From: Cyanophora paradoxa CCMP329
Taxonomy: Eukaryota; Plantae; Glaucophyta
Direction of reading: 5' to 3'
DNA length: 64,000 nucleotides
NCBI GenBank assembly: GCA_004431415.1
Contig: QPMI01000192.1
Span: 1-64,000 of the forward strand
The notes beneath the pieces were generated by a model. That model did not search any database. It was given only the letters and a program-made list of their open reading frames with translations, and was not told the DNA's origin. Made by a program: the position numbers and the translations under genes. This document shows, one piece after another, positions 23,096 through 34,388 of this stretch (position 1 is its first letter; each line of letters begins with the position of its first letter).

Positions 23096-26000
23096 TCAGA
23101 AGAAGAAGGTCTCGCGGTGGAAGTGGACGGCAACGCGTCCGTCCTGCGCGCCCCGCGCCGCCCGCTCGGCGGCGGCCACGAGCGCCGCCGGGCCGCACGC
23201 CAGCACCGCCACGTGCGGCAGCGCCGTCGCCTCCCGCGCCCCCGCAAGCACCCCTGCGCGCGCCCGCGCGCGACCCAGCCCCGGGCTCGGTGCTCGGTCC
23301 GAGATGAAATTTTTTGAGGGCCTAGATAATTAATATTTGAAGGGGTCGCACGGGAGAAATCGGGGCGACCCGCGACGACCCGTATGCAGCTGCAGCTGCA
23401 GACTTCGACGTCGGCGTCGGCGTCTCCGACGGCGTAAACGGTGTTGCAGTCATCCTCGTCATCAGATCTCAACGAATTCTGCTTGCGGCCGTCGACGTCT
23501 AGGTGTGGATCTTTTAATTTGACGGATAGATCGCTCTGTGCGCATGCGCACTGCGCACGCGTGTTCATCGAATCAATGTTAATATTCGAAAAAGCGATCG
23601 TGAGGTTATCCTAGCGCGTGGAGGGGGCAGGAGGCCGGAAGGGGTGCGGGCGATCTTAATGCACGATGGCCGCCGGCGCCGCGCGCGCACCTCGCGATTA
23701 CCAGCGGCCGCGGGGAGCTCAGTCGAGACGTGATCGAGGGAGGGCGTCGGCGCAGGCGGCGGCTCTTGCTGCGCGTTCCCCTCTAGATCTGGATCGCGAC
23801 CCAGAGCGGCCGCATGTGCAGACAGGCCGGAGATGTGACGCCCGCGGTCGCCTTGGGGGCACGGGTGACGTCGACTGTGCCGCACACAGGAGCGCGAGGC
23901 GGCGTCGGTCCGCGGCGTCGACTTCGCCGTGGACGGCTCGGGGTCGGTCGTCATCGTGAGCTCCGCGGTCAGCGCCGGCGGCGGATCCGGAGGCGAGAGG
24001 CACGTGCACGTGCGCATGAGGACTGCGCCGTCGCGAGCTCGAATCGGCGACGTCGCCGCGGGACTCGCGCGGGGCGGGCTGGAGCTCGAGTCCTCGCCCG
24101 ACCGCGAGCCCCGCGCTTCGGGGCATCTGGGCTTCCTCTCCGGATCCGTGCGTTCGGGACGCAGCAGCTCGCGATTGAAAGCGACCCTGTGTCGCCTTCA
24201 GTTTCGCGGGGGAGGAGGGTGGGAGGGTGGGTGGGAGGGTGGGAGGGTGGGGGAGGGTGTGTGTGTGTGGAAGGGGGCGTAGAGGCGCACGGGTCCGAGA
24301 GCTCACAGCCAGCGTGCAATTCCCCACGAAAACGGGCGCCCCCGCGGCCGACCGCCTGCGCACTCGCCGGCCTGCATACGTATATATGATGTAGCGCATG
24401 ATCACCATCGCCATCGATATTACGCGCACGGCTCACGGGTGGGCAGGGCGGCGACGGCGACGGCGGACCTGGCGGCTGTACATGTACATTTGCATGTAGG
24501 CGGGTGCACGTGCTCGGTCGAAATCGGCCCGGGCCCGGCGCCACAGCTGCAGCCCGCTTTGAATTCGAGCTCTCGCTCTCGCTCTCCAGGGCGCGTGCAG
24601 TAGACGTCGATGGCGACCTCGACAGCGCTGCAGCCCTCCCGCGGCCGCCGGAGAGCCGCCGCGGCGCGCGCCAGCTCGCCCCGCAGCGCGCCCAGCGCCT
24701 CGGGCTCCCGCACGGCCCACACGAGCCGCACGCGCCGCAGGGGCGCCGGCCGGGCCGCCGCGAGGTACCCAAGCGTCGAGAGCATCGGCGTGATCCCTGC
24801 ACGTGCACATTAGCATATGCATGCGGCGCTCTCCCATCAGAACCAGAAGAATAACAAGAAGGTCGCCATCGGCGCCGGCGCGGATCCGGAGGGCGGGGCG
24901 GACCGATGCCTCCGGCGACGAGGAGAACGGTCTCCTGCGCTGCGACGTCGACCGAGAGCCGCCCGTACGGCCCCTCCACGCGGATCTCCTGCGCCGCCCA
25001 AGCTCAGCCGCTCGGGATTTAGACCTAGCTCATGTTCAAACAGCTGCAGTGCTTTAAAAGTTTAGTTCGCGAATCTGTTCAAGAAAAGCATTCAAATTAA
25101 TTTTGCAGAGCATTTCATTTCCGCGATTTTTTCCGCGTGGTAGATTCGCAGGATTTCGCAGATCTAGAGGATATCGTTGAGCAGGGTTAGAGGCGGCTCG
25201 AGCTCACGGGGAGGGTCGCGCAGCCGTCGGCGGCGGCGTCGGCGACGCGCTTGAGGGCTCCCGTGAAGGAATCGCCCGGCACGGGCCGGATCTGCTCATA
25301 GATTGCACGGGCGGGGTCCGCCACGCGATCAAATATTAATGAAGCTCGAGGCAGAGAATATAAGCAGGGTCTCGGACGCACGTGCAGTGTGAACCGGCCC
25401 TCGGTGCCGGCGAGGCACGCGGCGGGCGCGCTTGACAGGCTTTTATTTACCGCGACCAGATGCCGCGTGAGCCGACGATAAACGTAAAAAGCAAGTTTAA
25501 AGTGGCGAGCAAGTTTAAAGCAGACATAAAGTGGCGAGCAAGTTTAAAGCAGACACAGCAGCGTGCAAAAGCAGAGGCAATTTAAAATATTTGAGTTATA
25601 ACTAGGAGCGGGGCGGGGCGGACGAGAAGGGGTGCCACTGGAGCGGGGCGATGGAGGGGACGCAGAGGAAGACGTACTGCCCCGGCCGCCGCACCCTGCG
25701 CGCGGAAATTATAATCCCGTTAGAAGGCCGCCAGAGGCCCTATAGCTAGGACAGAGGAGTGCATAAAGCTCGGAAAAGAACTTGTTGAACTTTTCGGAAG
25801 GGGGGCGGGGCGCGCGCGGGGAGGGAGGAAAGGGGGGAATTATTTATCACGCCGTTAGAAAGGCGCGTTCGGAGGCATAAACCTCGGGGCTGGGCGCGGG
25901 GCGCTCCGGAAATCGATGCTTATAATCAAAATTCATCAGAGAAGCTCAAGAGAATAATATGTGCGCATTTTGCGCCGGCCTGCGGCGCGGCGCTAGACGG

Positions 26001-27707
26001 GGCGGGGCGGGACGGGGGCGGGGCGGGGCGGGGCGGACGAGAACTCGCGCTTGGCGGCTTCGAGGCGGACGAGGCCGCCGACGCTCCGCAGCGAGAGCAG
26101 CCGCGCCCGCCGCCACCGCGAGCTGCGCCCCCGCCGCCCCCGGAAATGAAGGTTAGGAACGCTCGAATCCGAATCAAAGCGTCCGAGGTCCAAAGCTTCG
26201 AATCTAGATCTTAGATTCAATTAAGCGCCAGCCCACGGGAGCTCAATTAATATATTAATCTCCAGGGGGGCGCACTCCCAAGTGCGCCAGGCCTTGTCGA
26301 GGAGCCAGAGGCCGGCGCCCGGCACCACGTAGGGCCACCTGCCGCCGTCGGAAGTCTATGATCAGATCGCGGACCGCGAAATACAAGGACAAGGGGAAGG
26401 GATGGACAAGGGGAAGGCGGCGGCCGGCGGCGGGGCGACGGCGGCGAGGCAGAGGGAGACGAGGAGTCCGTGGGCCCACATTGCAAACACGAAGAGGGCG
26501 GCGGCCCAGCGGTGGTACTTGAGCGCCCGCTCGAGGGGCAGGCCCAGCGCGCGCAGCCACAGCGAGTTCCGCGCCACCGGCAGCAGCCCCGCCGCTGACC
26601 GCGAGAGACAAGAAATGCAATGTTAATTCATTCATCGTAAAATGATAAAATCCGCAGAAACAGATTAAGAATGCACCCATCGTGATGTAGGCGATGCCGG
26701 CGAACGCGTGCGCCGCCCTGGCCATCGGGTGCGGGATCTGCGCATGCCGCATTGCCGACCGACGTCGAAGTCGGAGGTTTTCGAAAGTCTCGTGATCAGC
26801 AGGCGAATCTACCTCGAAGGGACGGGCGGGGGCGGGATCGGAGGGGCCGGGGCGGCGCGCCAGGGCGTTCTCGTAGTAGTAGGCGCCGTAGGCGGCGACG
26901 GTGCCCCCGAAGAGCAGGAGGGCCGCCGCTTCGCCGTATGTCAGCTCCGCGACGGGCCCGCAGAGGCGCAGCCACGCCTTTGACCGCGGCGGGGCGGCGA
27001 GCTAGCGCTGCGCGCGGGTGGGCGCGGCGGGGCGCGCGGGGGACTCAAGCTCAGAGTGGTCGTGGCCGCGGGCGAAGCAGTCTGAGCGGATGAATATAAT
27101 CTCAAACCGTCTTATGGTAGAGGAGCTGACCCCAGGAGGTGAGCTGCAGCTGCGCGGGCAAAGGCGCGAGCTCGAGCGCCGGGGGTGGACGGGCGAGAGG
27201 CGCGGGCGGGCGGCGGCGCGGCGGCGTGGGCGGGGCGGGCGGGCGCGGACGCGGGTGTTCGCGAGGAAGGCGCCGGCGAGGAGGGCGATGCCGGCGCAGC
27301 CGGCGGTCACGGCGTACGCGTACGGCGGCGGGTCGTACGGGACGTACGCGGGGCCGCCGGAGTCGCTCTGCGGGGGCGGGTGCGCGTGCGCGCCGCCTCC
27401 GCCGGCTGGAAACGCATCCCGCACGCGCACGTGACGCGCGTACGCGTACGCGTATACGTACGCGTGGGTTTCCGCGCGAGCCGCCGCAGCCGGCGCCGCG
27501 TCTGCGCACACGCGCGGTGTCAGCGCTGATCATGAAGCTTGAAAAGGCTTAAGTGCGCGCTCGGCTCGCTCGCAACCGGTAAGTATACGGTGCACGTGAC
27601 TGGTTCATGGGTCCCGCACCGGCATAGATCGCGAGCATCGCCAGAAGCAAGCACGCCAACGCTGATGCGAGGCGACCAGCTGCAGGCGCTGCCTATTGCA
27701 GCGCCAT
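23096..27707 (-). CDS. Ferric reductase / NADPH-oxidase-family transmembrane flavocytochrome (FRE/FRO-like), multi-exon; start uncertain
   Basis: Heme/TM region RNSLWLRALGLPLERALKYHRW...WAHG (~26570-26465). FAD domain RPGQYVFLCVPSIAPLQWHPFS (~25690-25622). NAD domain EGPYG...VLLVAGGIG|ITPMLS and VRLVWAVR (~24976-24708). GRPDF at ~23370. C-terminus VLACGPAALV...VHFHRETFFF* with stop at 23098-23096. Signal-peptide-like exon ~27680-27621. Confidence 0.9.
25498..25555. repeat. Intronic ~29-bp tandem duplication (aaagtggcgagcaagtttaaagcagaca)
   Basis: Two adjacent near-identical copies. Confidence 0.85.
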
Positions 27708-27733
27708 GTTGCGAGTCGAGGGTCGGCGTCGAG
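26782..27733. repeat. Left copy of ~950-bp direct repeat (5' exons of the ferric reductase gene), flanking the retroelement
   Basis: Matches 37058-38002 from cgaaagtctcgtgatc to ggtcggcgtcgag. Differences seen: about two substitutions, a 1-nt indel and a 6-nt indel (gctagc, 27001-27006). Confidence 0.97.
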
Positions 27734-30700
27734 TCGAGTACGCATCCCACGTTCGCCGAATTCCAGCGGGCTCCTCGTGCGAATCGAAGGGCTGGTCTCC
27801 GAGCCTCTCCAACCTAAATAGGCCGGCTCCCACCCGCTCCCGGCAGCTGCCCGACTCCGCCCCCGCCTTCCCATGCTCCCGCTTCAGAGGACAACAGCCC
27901 ACCCGCGCTCAACCCACAAGAGCAGCTAAAAAAGCCCGCCTCGACCCCTCCTCAGAAACCCCCTCCGCCCAATATGACCCCGAACTCCCCCCTCCCAACC
28001 TCCCCCGCGAAATCACACATATTGGTTTCCTCGACCTCTGGCTTCGGGAAACTGACTGGTGGGACTCCTTCCGCGCGGAAGCCCAGGCCACCAATGTCGC
28101 CCTCGAGCGACGCCCACGCCGAGGACCCCTCCCTCACAAGCCGACCGCGAATTCTATGATTCCTCGCCGGGCTCGACTTCCTCTTCGCCACCTCCCGAGC
28201 CCTCTTCGCTGAGCTCTGCCCCACGCTCCGTGCCCTAAACTCCCACCTCCTCCCCCGACCCTACTCCCGGGTCATATACACGGACGCCAGCACACAAAAA
28301 CAGGGCTCCGCATCAGTCCGAACCACCTACGCCGGCCTTGCACCCTCGAAAATAATCCCGAATTACCTAACCACATCGAGTTCGCCACCGCCTCCCGGTG
28401 TCCAACACAACGTGAACCTGGGAGAGCTAGCAGGCGCGATCTCCGCAGCATTCACGTACTTCGGGCCCACGGGTGGGAAAATTATCACGGACAGCCAAAA
28501 CACTATCCGGGCCCTGACAGCCTTCGCCTTCCGAGACCCCTCCTCTTTCTCCCACCCTATCAACTTCCGCACCCTGCTCCGCCGAGAAGACGGGGCCCTT
28601 CTCCTCAACGCTCGCACGCAATACGCCATTCGTATCGCTCAAGACCCAAACTTTCAAATCACGCTCCAATGGGTCCCCTCTCACCAACCAAAGACCATTC
28701 CGCGGCCAACCGCAACGGCTACAACCCCACAGGCAACCGACGCCCGGTCCCTCCTCCCCCGCCGACCCGCGTCCCCTCAGCGGCCCAGCTGCCCCCCACC
28801 TACTGCCCCGCAGACGTTCCCTGCCTCGGCCCCTTATCATTATATTGGTGGAATGGACATCCCCGACGCTCGACTCCTTTTTTCGGACGACTCCTCCCCG
28901 CCCCTCCCCCCGTCGCTATTCTCGTCCCTCTTTCCGCCTCGCCGGCATCTTCGCACATATATTCTAGCAGATAGCCCGGCCGACTACAACTTCCTCCGCT
29001 GCCAGGCGGACCTAGCCGAATATGTCGACGCCTCTGATACTACCAACACCCACCTGATCCTAGACCTCGTCCCCCTCGCGTCGGCTAGACTCGAACGAGC
29101 ATTCGTAGCGGAGGAAACTCTCATCTGGAACCGCTGCATCCGCATCCCCAAAAACCACGCTCTCCTCCCCTCCGACGAACATCTCACCATCACTTCGGAC
29201 TGCGACATCCTCCGCGCCTACTCAGCCTTCCTAGAAGCCTTCGGACGCAAAACATCACTCGCAACATCTCCTTCCAATGTTACTCCCTCCCAACCCAATC
29301 TTCCTTCAACCACTCCCGAGGACCCCCGACGCCGAATATCCCGACCCGGGCCTACAAGGAAGCTCGCCCTTGACCACCACCTCGCCCACCCTCGGGCCCC
29401 CGGCCCCAGCTGGACTTTCTATCACACTTCCCTCTGCAAACCGGCTGTCCCCGCCGACCGCGACACGCCTCTCCCCGCCTGGTATTGGGACGAAGATCTC
29501 ACGCTTGCCCCACCCCCAAGCTGAGGCTGGTGCCCCTCCGATCGCGTACCACGCTGTGATCCTGGCATGTGGGGACTCCCCATTTCCTCCCTGATCGCAG
29601 AACAATGGGCACGGGACCTGCCCTATCCTGCCCGCACTGCCACCCCACCCCGCCCGCCCGGCCCCACCCACTTTCCCACTCCGCGACCAAACCGGCGCCC
29701 TCCCATACTGTTCGAACGATATGGCCGCCGAGCCATTCCCTACTCGGCTGCCATCGATCCTGACGGCCCCCGGTATGACCGCCGAGTACTTCCCCTCCTC
29801 GATGGCATAAAATCTCGCCTGGCCGCCCTTAGAGCGGCTCCTCTCTCCCTCATCGACCCCAACCCCCGGTCTGGGGCCCACCTGGCCACACCCTTCTCCT
29901 CGAACAACCCATACCTGCAGAACCCATTGACGCTTTCTTCAGACTTCTTCAGAACCGGCAAGTCTCCTTCCGGCTGCACGCCCCACCACCCCCAAGTGCC
30001 TCTTTCTTTCGTCCTCCCACGCAACCTCAATCCTCATGGGCACAGCCCCTTCCACCCTCTCGCTCAAGACCGCGCAGGCCGGCCGCTAACGGACCGATCC
30101 TACGTCCCGCACCCCTTCTCCCCAACGGAGTACGACTATATTCTCCTTCCCTACCACCCTCTGGGTCCCGACCCTGGCGACTAGCAATCATCTCAGCCCG
30201 CCTCCGCGAAATCCGCATCCTGGACGTCACCCGCAAACCCGCCTCCGACGTCACGGTCCTTCTTAAAGACTGGGTCCTCAAATGGTGGACGGCGACCCTC
30301 CGCCCTGGCGACCCTCTCCACGCTCGGCCTGGAAATACGACACCAGCACCTTCCCACGCAAGCTTGGAAACACGTCCACACGGGTGAAGACGCTCTCTTC
30401 GTCATGACCGCCGCTGAGTTCATTGGCCGCGGCGAGGAAGTCCACCTGTACGGCAAAGGACGGGGCCGCCCATCCCCTTCCACGCCCCATCTACCGGGAA
30501 CGCTGGGCGGCCGCTCTCCTCCTCCGGGACCCTGAGGTCCTCCTGGGGACAATCCAGGCCAACGGCCCGGCTTTCACAACAAAACGGCAGCGCACGACCC
30601 ACGCACCAGCTCCCGCCCCTCCCAGCACACGGCAGCAAAAGCCCGCCGCCGGGTCCGACGCAAACGAGACCCCACCCCCCTCCCTTCCGTCCCCCCCTTC

Positions 30701-31039
30701 CCCCTTGCCCTTACACCCCCCGATCCCCCAACTCCCTCCCCCTCCCGCATCCTCCACCCCTCCCACGCCCACTCCTCAATCCCACGCCCTCCGTCGCCCG
30801 CGGCCCACCCCGTTGCGCATGCCTCCCCAGGCCGAACCCCGTCCACCCGACTGAATTCCCCTCCCTCGCCCGCTGACGCTGGCGGAGAAAAGCTGGCTGG
30901 GGAATGCCTTCCGCTTCGCAGACAATGATTATTGCGCGGATCAAACCCTCGCGTCGAAGCCCCCCCTCCCACCCGCCCCCCGAGCCGACCCTCACTGTTA
31001 CTCACTCATTCGACGAGGCGACCTTATACACCTCCGTCC

Positions 31040-31700
31040 GAATGCCCCCCTCAGCCTCCCCCTCGTGGAAGCCTTTTTTGACCTGCTCTCTTCCCGGGAA
31101 GCCGCCCTGGCCTCACCCCACCCTGCTCACTTCCTATCGTCCAGCTCCTACCCTGCTAGCGCAGCCTCCCACTTCGACTCTCGGGGTTCTGCCCTCCTCC
31201 CCCTACACCGATACATCCCCCACGGACGACTCCTCGATGCCCGCCTCGTTCTCGTCCCCATCCTCACCTATTGCCCAATTCAACAGACCCCACCAGCCCC
31301 CTCGCTGACCCCTTCCTCCAGCAGACCTCCGGGACACTGGCACCTACTTGCTCTATTTCCACAGACGCGCTCATTCTACTTCTACAATGGCTCCCTCGAC
31401 GTCCCTGATCACCTTGTCTCCTTTGCACAAGACTTGGCGGCCACTTGGAGTCAGCGCGACTCTGGATCCCCCCTCCCCCCACTCCCTTCTGCAGATGGAC
31501 CTATCTACGCCCGGAGACATCCCTTTCCGTTCTCCAGCCCCCAAACAGCACGGCCTGCGGTCCACTCCTCCTCCTCACAGCTGACCTACTCAGTCGCTCC
31601 TCAGCACCTACCCCGTCGGACCTGCCCCGCCCCCCAGCCTACATTCAGGCCGACGCTGCAGCGCTCCGCAGATACCGTGAATATATTGCCCTCAGCCTCT
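31040..31700 (+). other. Ulp1/SENP-like (peptidase C48, clan CE) cysteine protease domain inside the retroelement ORF
   Basis: VEAFFDLL...HFLSS...LVLVPI...GHWHLLAL (His, 31335)...FYFYNGSL (~31374-31397). After a frameshift: LQPPNSTACGPLLL (Gln 31535, Cys 31556)...LRRYREYIA. This matches the H-W / D-S / Q-x-N-x-x-D-C-G order of C48 proteases. Confidence 0.75.
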
Positions 31701-34243
31701 GCTACGGGTCCGTCACCCTTGACCCCTATGCTGCAGCCCAACCCTCCCGGCCCTCCGGCCCCGCCGACCTTCCCCGGCGTACCCATCCGCCGCGCCGCCC
31801 CCCAGTCTCCACCGGCGGCACCCTCCCTACCTCGACTCCCCACCATCCTCCCCAACCATCCAGCCCTCCCGCGCTCCCCAACTGTGCTTGAGTCTCCCCG
31901 CCCCGCCCGAAGGGCCCGCCACCCCCTCCCTCCCGGCGCCCGCTACGCCCAAGAACTCGCCTCTCAGCTCGCCGACCTGGCTCGCAACGAAGCCTCCGCC
32001 ACAGCGCGCCGTCTCTTCCGGCCGTCCCACGTTACCCCACTCGAAGCGGCGTCCATCCTAACTGAAGCCGCTCACCGTGAAGCCACCCTGCCGCAACCAC
32101 GGTCCGCCAAAACATCCAAAACAGCCGCACAGAAAGAGGCGGCCCGCACCCCGGCTAAGAATCGTATCCCGAACCCAGCCTACACCCCTGACAACCGCCA
32201 CAATGACGCCGTTGACAAGCTTGCTAAAACAGCCCCCGACGCCCCCCTCTCCGCCCTTCTTTTCATTCCCCACAGTTTCAAATGCTTCCTCATCCGTGTT
32301 GGCCTCCCGCCCCCACTATCCCACGGCCCAGTCCCCGGGGCCGAGCCCTACCGAGGCAGACTCCATGCGTACCGCGTCGAGGGGGACCCCCGCTCTCACT
32401 TCCTAGCCGAAGCCTCCCTCTCCAATACCTCGACTGGCGCCAGCTTCGCAACGCGGGGGCCGCCCTCAGCAACCCCATGTTACCCTCGCTCCAGCCCTCT
32501 CCCTAGTGTCCGACAAGCCACCGGACCGCCGCACCCCCACAGGCGACCACCTCCGCAAAGTCAGATTCCAATGCATGCTTGGAAGCCTTCCCTCCCTCAC
32601 CATCCGCCTTCTCCACGACCCGACCTCTACGGCCCTCTCTTCCCGACGGCACCGCCCACTGCCCTTCTGTCACCTCCCTCCACCCCTGCCCCCATCCCCG
32701 AAGATGCTGCTTCCCCACCCTCCCCCTCCCCGCCCCTGCCACATGCACCCCCCAGGCTCCCCTCGCCCTCTTCCCACCGGCGGCCGCAGACCCCAGACCG
32801 CCCGACCCCACAACCCACCCCCCCGAAGACTTCGTCCACATATTTACTTGCCCCGCCGCTCGCCTCCTTCTCCAAGCTTTCCAGGACGCACTCGTGACCT
32901 TCCTCCGTACCCGGGTTCTCCGCCACTCGCCCAAACCACTAGGACACGACGATACCATCTTTCAACTCTTCCCCTTCCTCCGCCTCGTTTCTCCTGACCC
33001 CGCCTCTCCCCTCCATTCCGCCCTTCTCTCCCCACCGCAAATCCGGCTCTCTTCCGCCCCCCGGCCTCGCCGATACACTATGGAAAAAACTCAGCCCGGC
33101 CCTGGCCGACATGCTTCCCTTCCCGCCCTCGCTCTCCTACGCCTCGGTACACCGGCAGGACTGCCTGCCCTCTGCACAGCTCTGGGTATCAACAAGACCA
33201 CCTCATCGTCAATCCAAAAAGACCTAGCGCTGCTCCTCGACCAACACCTCCGTGCAATCTGGAGAGACCGCTGCGCCCGCAACCACGCCTGGGAGCTCCG
33301 ACACGGCATCAATGACAGAACCAAACGTCGGTACCGCAAACATGCAGACTCCAAACCCTCCCGCTCGCCTCTAATACAGCCGCCCAGTCCCCCCCCCCCC
33401 CCGCCCTCCCCCGCCCCTCCCTCCATGATACCATCTCCATCACCGACTTCTGCTGCGAATTGGGCTCGGAAGGCCAACCATGGATTCTCTTGGAAAACTT
33501 CCGCCAAGCAATTGCACGACTCCCCGTCGCCCCCTCACCCCAGGCCCCCCCCTCCTCCCAGCTGCCCGATGCAGGACCCGCCGCCGGGACGTCTGACTTC
33601 TCCTGCACCTGCGGCACTCGGTTCGCCTCTGCATCTGCCCTCCAGGCCCACTCCGACGCCAGACGGGGAAAATGCCCCGCCCGCCCTGAGATCACCTCCT
33701 GCCCTGCCTCCCCACCTGCGGTACCCCCAGCACGACAGTCACACGAGAACTCCGACACTGGCATCCTGCCCGCTTCGCCCGCGGGTCCTACGAACACTAC
33801 CCAACCTTCCAAACGCCCCGCTCCGGGGCCCCCCCTGGCCCCTCCCCCAAAACGAACACGCCCGTCGCCTGCCTCACGTAAACGGACAGCCGATACCCCT
33901 CCGCCCCGGCACCAAAATGCCCGCGCCCCGCGACCCCTCCCCTCCCGCCTCTACACCCGCCCGGCCCGTACCTACGGCAAAAAGACAGGCAACCGGCCGC
34001 AAGACTCCCAGGCGCATGACCAAAAAAGCGCGAACGGTGCCGATACCCACGGGGCAACCCACAATCACGTCCCTCTTTGCACCCGGAGTGTACAAACCAC
34101 TTACGACGCTGCAAGCAGCCAACTCCCCCTCCCCCCCTCGCTCCAGCTGACCCCCCGCTCGGGACCTCGCAAGACGCTGCCCCTCAGCCCCCTACGGTCT
34201 CCCCCCCGGCCCCAACCGGCCCTCAAGTGCCAGACCCCCCGCT

Positions 34244-34388
34244 GGCTCCGGCCACCCCTATGGCTTCGGCCCCCCCAATGGCCTCGGCCCCCCCTTTGGC
34301 TTCGGCCACCCCATCGGCTTCGGCCACCCCCCTGGCTTCGGCCAACCCCATGGCTTCGGCCACCCCCCTGGCCTCGGCCCCCCCCTCT
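34244..34388 (+). repeat. Coding minisatellite, 8 x 18 bp (ggcttcggccacccccct-like; (L/M)ASA(T/P)P)
   Basis: Eight head-to-tail 18-nt units near the end of the retroelement ORF. Confidence 0.92.

Noticed and set aside
27693-27695. Reassigned stop codons (TAG or TGA read as sense)
   Set aside because: TAG, TGA and TAA all terminate well-supported genes here (PiT TAG, ferric reductase TGA after FHRETFFF, RRM TAA).
18040-27707. Nutrient-uptake gene cluster (phosphate transporter + ferric reductase)
   Set aside because: Two convergent genes with no shared promoter; adjacency alone is not evidence of a functional cluster.
28685-32201. Intein inserted in RNase H
   Set aside because: There is no N-terminal Cys/Ser block A in the expected place and no LAGLIDADG motifs. 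The His-Asn at ~32199-32204 is followed by Asp, not Cys/Ser/Thr, and corresponds to the RNase H N-x-x-x-D motif.
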